A DNA stretch of 64,000 nucleotides from Octopus vulgaris (Eukaryota): NCBI GenBank assembly GCA_951406725.2, contig OX597817.1, forward strand, positions 129,828,001-129,892,000, given 5' to 3'. Both the position numbers and the translations under genes were made by a program. The notes under the pieces were generated by a model. The model saw nothing but the letters and a program-made list of their open reading frames with translations, was not told the origin of the DNA and did not search any database. Below, piece after piece: positions 38,135 through 49,529 of this stretch; the stretch's first letter is position 1; each line of letters starts with the position of its first letter.

Positions 38135-38176
38135 CACCTGAAGATGGCTGGAGCTAACAACGGCCGAAACGTAGTG
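38135..38176 (+). ncRNA. Minimal (Penelope-type) hammerhead ribozyme
   Basis: CAC CTGAAGA T GGCTG GAGCTAACAA CGGCC GAAAC GTA^ GTG. Confidence 0.8.
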
Positions 38177-38297
38177 AAAGTAACAATCAAGATGAGGACA
38201 CTAGTCTAACTAATGTAAATAGTGTACATAAGTATTTCCACTCTATATATTGAGTATTTAGCTTTAAACTCTGCTTCTTAAACACAATATACATCAG

Positions 38298-38373
<76 letters not shown>

Positions 38374-38377
<4 letters not shown>

Positions 38378-38705
38378 AAGCTTTATGAAAATAGACAAAA
38401 AGACGCAGCCAGGTTTACGGAAATAAACAAAAGACGAAGGCAGGTGGAATACAAACAAACAATTGTATTAGTATGGCGCTCAGGAAATATAAATGAAACA
38501 AGTCTTTAACGTTTCGAGCCTACGCTCTTCAACAGAAATATACACAGAGAAAATAAACACAGAAAGAAGGAGAAAAAAAAATATGCGTGCAGAAGCTAGC
38601 GAAACAACATGGCGATCTGATTTCAGCCAGAAGTCAAAGATCAAACATGAGACGCAAGAGCGAAATTAGGGAAGATAATAGGGTTGAATGACCCCGCTCA
38701 AACAT
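38374..38705 (-). mobile_element. Penelope pLTR-like element with a variant minimal HHR (38505-38538)
   Basis: TTT CTGTTGA A GAGC GTAG GCTC GAAAC GTT AAA (core change A6U). The downstream ctgagcg.ca...aata tract is homologous to the ~205-bp family. The 3' end abuts (TA)n. Confidence 0.65.
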
Positions 38706-39186
38706 AAGAGTGTGTGTGTGTGTGTGTGTGTATGAGAAGAGTGTGTGAGAGAGTATTAGTGCGTATGAGAGGTCTAGACGTGTGTATGTATATATGATGT
38801 GATGTGTAAAGTCGTATGGTGTAGTGTAGAGAGAGGAGAAGAGGGGGTATATATATACTGTATATGCGTGGCTATACAAATACACGCACGCACACACATG
38901 CAGTGACATACACACTTCGAAATGTGGAGTAGATGAAACAAAGGCGACTGAAGAAGGGGAATTTTCTTTGTATTGTATGTCCTGTACTCTATTTTTCCTT
39001 TGTTTAAGAAAAATGTCCATTTCCTTGGTTTTGTGTTTATGTTTTCGTTTCTCATTGTGTTCGACGTTTTTCGTTTCTCGTTTTTTTGGTGTCCTGTACT
39101 CATATATGCATGTATATATACATGTAAAGGTAGGTACGTACATATATGTATGTATATATGCATGTTTTATTTATTTATTAATTTAT

Positions 39187-39256
<70 letters not shown>

Positions 39257-39939
39257 TATACTGTATATGTGTGTATACAAATATACGCACACACACACAT
39301 GTAGTGACGTACACACACATACACACACAATTGTTGCGCACACATTGAGTTCTTTCACTTTGTGGTTTGACAACTATTACCACTTCTACATACATACACT
39401 CACAAGGGCATGCACGCAGACGCGCACACTCATACACACACTCACACTTACATATGCGCGTGCTAAGGCCCTCTCTTTTCCTCTCTCTCTCACCCCTCCA
39501 GATCACATGTCAGACGTTGACTTCATCTCCACAGTGATTTTTCAAGCAAACGTTTCAGTGAGAGGAGCAGGTGGAGGAGATGGAGTAGTAGTAGTATTGG
39601 TAGTAGTAGTAGTAGTAGTAGTAGGAGGAGGAGGAGGAGGAGGAGACGGAGAGGAGGAGGAGGAGGAGAAGGAAGGGAGGAAGTTATGAGGGACACGACG
39701 TCAAGGTGGGCATAGCTATGAAGAATCAAAGCCAAAAGTCAAATCATATAAAACAAACAACAGATTTATTATTAAGCATCCCCGGCAGAAATAACAATAA
39801 TAATAATAACAACAACAACATTAGCAACATAGGCATCAACTGTTACAGTGGCAACAACATCAACAGCAGCAATAGCAGCAGCAGCATTTTCAGATACAAA
39901 TGGCGGCTGTTAACTAGAGATGTGTGAGGTGAGAACAGT

Positions 39940-40357
39940 TCATGATAGTAGAGGTGGTGGTTGTAATAGTATTAGAGAAATAGCGGGTGATGGTGGTGGT
40001 TGTGGTTGTGGTTGTGGTGGTTGTGGTGGTTGTGGTGGTGATTCTGGTGGTGGTGATGGCGGTGGTGTTTATGGCAACGATGATTATAATGGTGGTGGTG
40101 ATGTTGGCGGTGGTATTAGTGGTGACGGTGGTGGTGGGGGTGATGATGTGGTAGTAGTGTTAGTGGTGGCAGCAGCAGTGGTGATAGTGATGGTAGTGGT
40201 TGTAATGCTGTCTCTCGTGGTGATGGCAGTGGTGGTGGCGATAGTAGTAGTAGTAGTAATAATAGATTTGTCGCTAGTCGTGGTGGTAATGTTGGTGGTA
40301 CTAAGCAGTAATGGTTGTGACGGTGGTGGTAGCAGTGGTGGTGATGGTGGCGGTGAC

Positions 40358-40407
<50 letters not shown>

Positions 40408-40408
40408 T

Positions 40409-40468
<60 letters not shown>

Positions 40469-40533
40469 TGTAGTAGTAACAGCAGCAGCAGTATTAGTAG
40501 TCGTAGTAGTAGTCGTAGTCGTAGTAGTAGTGA

Positions 40534-40567
<34 letters not shown>

Positions 40568-40731
40568 TGTAGTAGTAGTAACAGCAGCAGCAGTATTAGT
40601 AGTCGTAGTAGTAGTCGTAGTCGTAGTAGTAGTGATAGTAGTAGTAGTAGTAGTAGTAGTAGTTGTAGTAGTAGTAACAGCAGCAGCAGTATTAGTAGTC
40701 GTAGTAGTAGTCGTAGTCGTAGTAGTAGTGA

Positions 40732-40778
<47 letters not shown>

Positions 40779-40873
40779 GTAGTTGTAGTAGTAGTAACAG
40801 CAGCAGCAGTATTAGTAGTCGTAGTAGTAGTCGTAGTCGTAGTAGTAGTGATAGTAGTAGTAGTAGTAGTAGC

Positions 40874-40921
<48 letters not shown>

Positions 40922-40950
40922 TAGCAGTAGTTGTTGTGGTGGTAGTGACG
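39940..40950. repeat. (GGT)n/(AGT)n/(AGC)n tract with higher-order repeat
   Basis: A variant-triplet block recurs at 40466, 40565, 40661 and 40781. Confidence 0.9.
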
Positions 40951-41429
40951 ATAGAACCACCAGGGGAGGTTTGAACGTCTGCATGGAAAAATGCTGCGTC
41001 AACGTCAGCTGACATCTGTTTCTCCTTAAAGGCAACAGGTTATCGCTGTCTCCTCCCCAATTCCCGTCTCCTCATCACCGGCACCGCTGAACCCGCTGGG
41101 CCCTGTTGTTGTCGTTCTCTCTGTCGCATTGCAATCATTATGCCTTCAACCGATGTTTTAACTCCAAGGCAATACGTCACGGCCGCCATTATACTTTTCA
41201 ACATTTATCTTGTGTCAAGAACGTTACTGGAATACATTTTCCTCAATCTTAATCCATATCTTTGCTGCACAGAAGTTTCCAGTTGACAATACAGTCATCA
41301 TGATCATAATTATCATCACCATCAACAGCAACAGCAACAGCTCCAATAGTAGCAGCACCACCAATCCCTACCAGCAGCAGCAGCAGTACCACCACCACCA
41401 CCACCATCACCACCACCACCACTACCACC

Positions 41430-41461
<32 letters not shown>

Positions 41462-41566
41462 CAACAACATATCACATGGCTTTTATTGATTTTTATTTCA
41501 AATATTAACAAGGATTTATGCATGTATATCTATAAGTATGTATGTTTATAACAATCTATATAAATG

Positions 41567-41630
<64 letters not shown>

Positions 41631-41670
41631 TGGAGAAGAGAAATAGAGAAATTACGCGTGCGTTCGGTCA

Positions 41671-41875
41671 TATAGTAATATAATAAATAAATAAAATATA
41701 TGTATATATACATACATATATGTACATACTTACATCTACGTGTATATATACATTCATACATATATATATATGAGTACTCATATATATATATATGTATGCA
41801 TGTATATATACACGTAGATATAAGTATGTACATATATGTATGTATATATGCATATATTTTATTTATTTATTATAT

Positions 41876-41882
<7 letters not shown>
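41671..41882. repeat. Spacerless palindrome of ~210 bp
   Basis: Arms of 105 and 107 bp centred on gagt|actc (41775/41776), with about 3 mismatches and one TA indel. Confidence 0.85.
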
Positions 41883-41967
<85 letters not shown>

Positions 41968-41998
41968 ATATATATATTCAAGATGTGACATTCAAAAT

Positions 41999-42201
41999 GT
42001 GACCGCGTGTTTTTTTTTGGCGATTTTTTTCCCTCTGTCTTCCCTTCTCTGGATCTTTCCTTCTCCTATGTTTCCGACGAAGAGCTCCGCTCGAAACGTT
42101 AAACCCTCCTTCTTTCCTTCTTTCCTGAGTGTCCAATAATACTATATTTGTTCCACGTCCTCGCGTTGTTGTGTTTTTTTGTGCTTTCTTGTTTGGATTA
42201 A

Positions 42202-42203
<2 letters not shown>
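41999..42203 (+). mobile_element. ~205-bp Penelope pLTR-like element with a variant HHR (42070-42104)
   Basis: GTTT CCGACGA A GAGC TCC GCTC GAAAC GTT AAAC. Begins gtgaccgcgtg and ends tttggattaac followed by (TA)n. Confidence 0.75.
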
Positions 42204-42278
<75 letters not shown>

Positions 42279-42322
42279 TACATACGTACATACATACATA
42301 GATACATACATACATACATACA

Positions 42323-42370
<48 letters not shown>

Positions 42371-42406
42371 AGCATTCATACATACACGTACATATATATA
42401 CGAATA

Positions 42407-43389
42407 CAGAGTGCGAGGGGTATTTGAGGACACTTAATTATCAGTATGTCGCTCTGTTCAAACCAATTAAAACGGATTTTGTTTCTTTCAGATCCCTCCA
42501 AACAGATAAGATGCAAACACAAGAAATGAGAAGACATGCAACCATAGTCGCAACGTTTGAGGAAAACAGCGATTTACAAATTGCCAATTTTCTAAATGAT
42601 TCAAGATCTTTTGTTCACAAAGATCAGATTGGAAACATCTGGCGGCAATACTTTAACATATCAAAGACAAAAAGACATTCTAAACGTTCGGATACTGTAA
42701 GGAAACAACAATTTACCCAGCGGTATCAAAACATTAGCGATGATGGTCCCACATCATCAATGAAGGTTGTCGCCAAAGAACTTTCAGGTGTCGGACTAGA
42801 GTATCAGAACTGTGGTGCATGAGGACATTAGACACAAATCGTGTGTACTGAGAAGAGGCCAATTCATGTGTGCGAAGACACAAGAAAGCCATTTGATTCG
42901 TGACAAGCAGTTACCAAACAAGGTGACATCGCTCACTAACACGGCATGCTTTGGTTCTTTTCTGAAAAAAAAAAAAATCGACTAAGACAAAAAGTCTAAC
43001 TGGTGAAATGACATACGGTTATGTGTGGGTCCTTCTGTTGCCCTCAGAGTGGTGCATATTAAGTTTCCAGCAACGGTGATTAACGAAGATCATATCATGC
43101 TATCTCGCATATTTCAACAGGGTCTTAGAATTAATACTACTGGATACGTTTCGGTGCTGGAGGGAGTTGTTAAGCCCTGAATGGATGAAGTACGTAGTGG
43201 AAGGCCATACGTGTTTCAACAAGACGGTACCCAAGAATGGATGTCAGACAATCTTGACAATCATGTAGTACTGAAATTGTGGCCTCCAAACTCGGGATTT
43301 AAATCCCATGCACTACTGCCTTTGGAAAATACACTAGTGTTGTTTTATTAAAGTTTTCAAATATGTTCTCAAATCGTGTCACACCTTCT
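42407..43389 (+). mobile_element. Decayed Tc1/mariner-superfamily element, maT (DD37D)-like
   Basis: TA|cagagtgcgaggggtatttgagga ... ttctcaaatcgtgtcacaccttc|TA. Translates to QEMRRHATIVA...SDLQIANFL, YVFQQDG..TQEWMSDN and LWPPNS.DLNPM.Y..W. Confidence 0.8.
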
Positions 43390-44413
43390 ATATATACATA
43401 CATGGATAAATCCACATACACATACAAAGCATGCATGCAATCCCGGGTTCTATCCCGATTCATGGCTTCGTGGGCAATTGTTTACAACAGAATCAGGCTG
43501 ACCTGAGTGAAACTGGGCAAAATGAAACTATTTAGAAGTCATTCGGAATGTCTGTACTTGTAATTACCTCACATTGCCTCAAACGGTTTTATACTGAAAA
43601 ACTATAAAGCAAGTTCGAACGAACACCTAGATGACGGTCGCTCAGTGTGTTAAAAATAGCAGAAAAATGTCTGCCAAAGGAAATCCTACGTGGCTTAAAT
43701 AAAAAAAAGGAAGTATTACTCCTAAATATAGCTTTCAAAATGTGGTGGTCAGAATTGGAATGTTTTTGATTATATGTCTACTCGATAAGTGTAACCTAGG
43801 GCTAAAAAACAACGAGTAAGATATCGAAAGTACTGAGACGAGATTCGATCTAATTAATATATTCTTTCTTGTTCTCTTTCCTTCTGGCAATGTTTCTGTT
43901 TTTCTGATTTCTACGTCTGTCGTTCAAATATTCATTTATCCTTTCTTTTATGCTTTCCTTCTTTCTTTCTTTTCTTGATTTCCTCTTTTCATCCTCTTTC
44001 GTTCTCTCATCTCATCTCCCTCTATTTCTTTCTCCCCTTCCTCCTTCTTCTTTTTCTCCTACGCATACACATACAAATATGTAACCTTACATACATACGC
44101 ACACATACGATATTCTATTTCTCTCTCACTCCCGCTCCTCTGTCCCGCTTACTCCCACTCCCACTCCTACTCGCCTCTCACTCTAAATATTTGCAGTTCT
44201 TTTTTTATCTATTAGTATCACAATGTCGGTACCAAATTACCGCTTGCCAGTCATGTTCGGCAGACGACACAGTAGAGACGAGATTGAGTTTTCAATATGG
44301 CTTTACAAAGTCTAATTGTATTAATGTATATGTGAAGATAAGACTATGTAAATAAATATATGAGAATGCGTATATGTGTATATGCGCGCGCACAAACACA
44401 CACACACACACAC

Positions 44414-44482
<69 letters not shown>

Positions 44483-44554
44483 CACACACACATAAATGTT
44501 TGCATATGCTCTTTTTACTCTTTATCTCTCTGTCTCTCTCTTTATATATATACT

Positions 44555-44606
<52 letters not shown>

Positions 44607-44713
44607 CATACATACACACACATATATATACATACATTACATACATGCATACATACATATATATATATGCGTGTGTTTATAAATATATAAATATACATAT
44701 ATACACACATACA

Positions 44714-44778
<65 letters not shown>

Positions 44779-45320
44779 GTATATGTATATATATGTGTGC
44801 ATATGCATAGACAGATAGAGACAGAGAGACCATAAAATAATAATAGAGGGGTTGGCTGCAACCATGACAGAAATAATGGAATAGCTACATAATTAAAGAA
44901 TGCATTGTTTCAATTGAAAATTGGTTGCTCTGCAGCAAATCTATATCCTGCTGTGTAACCTCAGGCAAGTCTACTCGGACATATGCCTAGGTTTCATCCA
45001 ATCTTTTATTTTTCTAATTTTTAAGTGTTAAATATTTTGGACTATATTAGCCTGTCTGTTTTACTATTGTTTTCTTTCTTTTTTTTCAAGTGTTTTGGCT
45101 TTTGGGTTAAAGTTAATTGCAATTCTAAGCAGATTCAGAGACCATATATAAGTTGGTTCGTTGGCCCTATATTTTCTTTTGTAATTGTTGATTAGTATCG
45201 TGTCATAATCTGACTAACAATACTTCTGATTAAAGTGCCGTGGACAAAACTCAGGACCTTTCAGGCACTTTTATAACTATTTGTCGATTGAAAATAATAA
45301 AAATGTATATATACTATATA

Positions 45321-45552
45321 TATTTCTTTACTAACCACAAGGGGCTAAACACAGAGGGGACAAACAAGGATAGACAAACGGATTAAGTCGATTGCATCGA
45401 CCCCAGTGCGTAACTGGTACTTAATTTATCGACCACGAAAGGATGAAATGCAAAGTCGACATCGGCGGAATTTGAACTCAGAACGTAACGGCAGACGAAA
45501 TACCGCTAGGCATTTCACCCGGCATGCTAATGTTTCTGCCAGCTCGCCGCCG
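45321..45552 (-). mobile_element. SINE family B
   Basis: Near-identical to 23931-24155. Confidence 0.85.
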
Positions 45553-45615
45553 TATATATACTATATAGTTATGTAGAGACTTCTAACTTTCCTGCTTGTT
45601 CTACCAAACCTATGT

Positions 45616-45817
45616 GTGACCTCGTGTGTACCGTTGGCGATTTTTTTCCTCTGTCTTCCCTTCTCTGGATCTTTCCTTCTCCTATGTTTCCGACGAAGAG
45701 CTCCGCTCGAAACGTTAAGCCCTCCTTCTTTCCTTCTTTCCTGAGCGTCCAAAACTACTATATTTGTTCCACGTCCTCGCGTTGTTGTGTTTTTTTTGTG
45801 CTTTCTTGTTTGGATTA

Positions 45818-45820
<3 letters not shown>
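45616..45820 (+). mobile_element. ~205-bp Penelope pLTR-like element with a variant HHR (45686-45720)
   Basis: Same boundaries and sequence as 41999-42203, followed by (TA)n. Confidence 0.75.
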
Positions 45821-45875
<55 letters not shown>

Positions 45876-45922
45876 CCAATGAAAAGACGATAAAGAAAAT
45901 TCTTTAACACATCTTTAATTAT

Positions 45923-46040
45923 AAGTTACTAATGTTTCCGTACCTTCCGCATTTGCAATGTCAATTTACGCGAAAATTCTAAAAGAAAAATCACGTAATA
46001 TTTATGGTTTTAGACAGTGGAGAGGCACTTCATCAGACTT
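45923..46040 (-). ncRNA. Type I hammerhead ribozyme with a 91-nt stem II, in an insert (~45872-46265) flanked by (TA)n
   Basis: AAGT CTGATGA A GTGCCT.TCC..TGTC...TTACGTGA...TCGCGTAA..GACA...GGA AGGTAC G GAAA C ATTA G TA^ ACTT. Confidence 0.8.
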
Positions 46041-46406
46041 GCATTAAAGGTATGCTACATATATACTGCCGGATTGATGGTGCTGTCCGGGTGTCGAAAG
46101 CATAATGAAATCTGTTTTAGCAGCTGATAATGGGTATGCATATATGTTACATTTTTTTGTGGTTTCATGATTTTTTGAGATTACTTACAATGATATTGAT
46201 TGTTTTTCTTAATAATCTTAGATAACGCTTAGACATTGGCGTCTTGTATTGATGAGATTTTGTGGCATATATATATATATATATATATACATACATTTTC
46301 CGATTTGAAATCACAATTTTTAAATACAAACAAATGACCGTAACTCACAAAGCCTTTCTGGTTTGTTTACAAATATTACACACACACACACAGTGATAAA
46401 CAAAGA

Positions 46407-46438
<32 letters not shown>

Positions 46439-46674
46439 AATCTATAGAGATACAGACATATAGTATGCAAATGAGCGTTTATGTATTCGCCTGTGTCTGT
46501 ATGCTTATATATACATACCTACATTTATATACATTTATATAGATAATATATGTATATATATGCACACACACACACGCACACATACATAAATGCATATACG
46601 TATAGACACACATAAAAATACAGAATCTTCGAGATGGGAAATATATCATTTTACGATGAATTTTCTGTGTATAC

Positions 46675-46871
46675 GCCTGCCTACCTGCCTACCTACCTAC
46701 CTACCTACCTACCTACCTACCTACCTACCTACCTACCTACCTACCTACCTACCTACCTACCTACCTACCTACCTACCTACCTACCTACCTACCAACCTAC
46801 CTAGCTACCTACCTACCAACCTACCTACCTACATACCTACCTACCAACCTACCTGCCTACCTACCAACTTC

Positions 46872-46909
<38 letters not shown>

Positions 46910-46920
46910 TTATCTATCTA
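46675..46920. repeat. (CCTA)n followed by (TCTA)n microsatellite
   Basis: Directly visible. Source of the PTYL ORF. Confidence 0.95.
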
Positions 46921-47667
46921 AGTAAATTGTGTGCGCGCGCGTTTGTGTGACAGAGAGAGAAAGAGGTAATATGAGTGTGTGTAAGAGAGAGAAAGAGGTA
47001 ATATGAGTGTGTGTAAGAGAGAGAAAGAGAGAGGGGAGGGAGAGAGAGTGTGTGTGTATGATGTTAACTATGAGATTAGATTATTCCCTTTAACGCAACT
47101 CGTTTTTAGACACAATAGAATACATTTAGTGACTGATCAGATATTTTTGAAATCTTCATATTCAGAATTTGCAATGAAGAATGTGGGACATCATGACGTG
47201 TGTTGTGTGTGTTTAAGAGATTAGACAAAATATTAATAATAGTCTAATGACGTAACGATATCCATTAAGAGTCAATATGTGTATTTTCTATTGCTTTGTT
47301 TGTAACATATATAAACAAACGAACAAATATTGATGCATTTATATGATTGCATTAATGAAAATTTGGGAAAGGAATATATAAATAGGCAAGGACACGAATA
47401 TAAAAAGTAAATAGATTATAGAGTCGAAATATAATATAAACATGATGAACCATTATTATCACTTGATAATAATTACGATAATAATGGTTTCAAATTTTGG
47501 TGCAGGCCAGTAATTTTGGAGGAAAGGATAAGTCGATCTCATCGGCTCTAGCGCTCAACTGGTACTTATTTTATCGACTCTGAATGGTTGAATCCGGAAC
47601 TTAAAAACAGACCGTAAGTCGCGAAGGGTTTTGTTCGGTGTGCTAACGATTCTGCTCGCTCGCTGTC

Positions 47668-47762
<95 letters not shown>

Positions 47763-47769
47763 AATAACA

Positions 47770-48966
47770 AACTCGCGCGCAGTCGCAGTAGTTCGGTATG
47801 GCGCTGGAATCCTGAAGTGGACAGAGAAGCTAAAGGAGATAGTCAGGAAGTTAAGAAAGCTCCTGACGATGCATGAAGCCCATCATCCACGTGCAGACAC
47901 TGATCGCCTATACATGAAAGGAGAGGACTGATAAGTGTGGAAGACTGCGTGCGTATCGAACTCGAGAGCTTAATGAGACACCTAGACCAATGTAAGGAAA
48001 CTTTGCAAGTGACAGCTAGTGACTAGCAGAATCGTTAGCACACCGAACAAAACCCTTCGCGACTTACGGTCTGAACGAGGGAGTATTGAAAGCAGAGAGA
48101 AAAGGGAAAACAAAGGAAGAAGTACACAAAGGACTTGAAGAAGAATTACGTAAGAAGGGACTACACAATCAATTCCATATAGCCACATTAGAAGTTGCTG
48201 AAAAAATAGGTAAGATTGGTTGATGAAAGGAACCCTAAAAAAAGAGACCGTAAGCAATATACTGGCAGCACAGGACCAAGCTCTGACCATGAACTGGAGG
48301 GTGAACCTGAGGAATGAGCAAGTGTCTCCACTGTGCAATAGAGTGGATGAAACCATTGCCCATATCACGAACGAATGCCCTAGATTTGCCGAAAACTACT
48401 ACAAGTTGTGGAGACACTATCAGGTAGCGAAAGTGGTACAATGGAAACTGTGCGAAAAGTAGGGGCTAGAGAGAGGCAAGACGTGGTATGAGCACAAACC
48501 GCAAAGAGTAGCGGAATCGGAGTCAAGCAGAATCCTCTGTGATTCCCTAATCTAAACAGATCAGGCTCTGTTTGTTCCTCCTCGAGCTACACCTGGCTCA
48601 TAAGGGCCGGTTTCCCGGTTTCATTGGCGTATAGGTTCCCCACCTGGACGGGACGCCGGTTCGTCGCAGGTGAGCTGCAAGATGCAGGAGGAAAGAGTGA
48701 GAGAAATTTTTGGCGAAAGAGTCAGCAGAAGTTCGCCATTACCTTCTGCCGGAGCAGCGTAGAGCTTAAGTGTTTTGCTCATAAACACACACATCGCCCG
48801 GTCTGAGATTCGAACCCACGATCCCTCGACCGCGAGTTCGCTGCTCTAACCACTAGGCCATGTGCCTCCACCGGATCTAGTGGTGGTGGACAAAGTGCAC
48901 TACATATGCTAAATAGTTGATGCTGCATGCCCCTTTGACCCACGAATAGTCAAGAAAGAAGGCGAT

Positions 48967-49046
<80 letters not shown>

Positions 49047-49300
49047 ACCCTCTTAAGTACGAAATAGCCCAGCTATGGAAAATAAAGAAGGTGAAGATAG
49101 TGCCAATTATTGTTAGGTCCTTGGAAACAGTATCAGAAGGCATCAAGAGGAATATAAAGGAAATTGGAATAGAGTTCCCAGTAGAACTGTTACAAAAGGT
49201 TTGCCTCCTTGGCACTGCCAGAATAATCAGGAAAATAATAGCTGAAAAGAACGAATAACAGTACCGTAGGCTGCAGGTAGTAAGCCCACTACGCATGCAA
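47770..49300 (+). mobile_element. R4/Dong-like non-LTR retrotransposon 3' part (post-RT region, zinc knuckle, RLE)
   Basis: AVAVVRYGAGILKWT...RKLLTMH.AHHPRADTDRLY, WLMKGTLKKET..ILAAQDQAL, LC...ETIAHITNEC, DAACPFD and LKYEIAQLWK.KKVKIVPII...LLQKVCLLGTARIIRK. Confidence 0.85.
48567..48871 (-). mobile_element. tRNA-derived SINE (family C-like head, different 3' half) inserted in the R4/Dong remnant
   Basis: Head GTGGAGGCACATGGCCTAGTGGTTAGAGCAGCG...GGTTCGAATCTC. The 3' end also occurs at 56413-56470. Confidence 0.85.
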
Positions 49301-49428
49301 GACTCCAGGAGCTCCAACACATCCTGTGATAGAGAGAAAATAATAATAAGAGATATCTTGTCCACGGGCAAACAAACAAACAAACAAACACGACTGAAAA
49401 CAATACCTTTACCTTCGCTAAGGCGGAG

Positions 49429-49513
<85 letters not shown>

Positions 49514-49529
49514 CAGTAGTAATAAACGG

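Noticed and set aside
39920-41035. 334-aa Gly/Ser-rich ORF and overlapping ORFs
   Set aside because: They derive from triplet microsatellites.
45222-45285. CTGATTA AAGTGCC...GGCACTT, similar to the long-stem HHRs
   Set aside because: Core G8 is altered and the GAAA box is absent. At best a dead relic.
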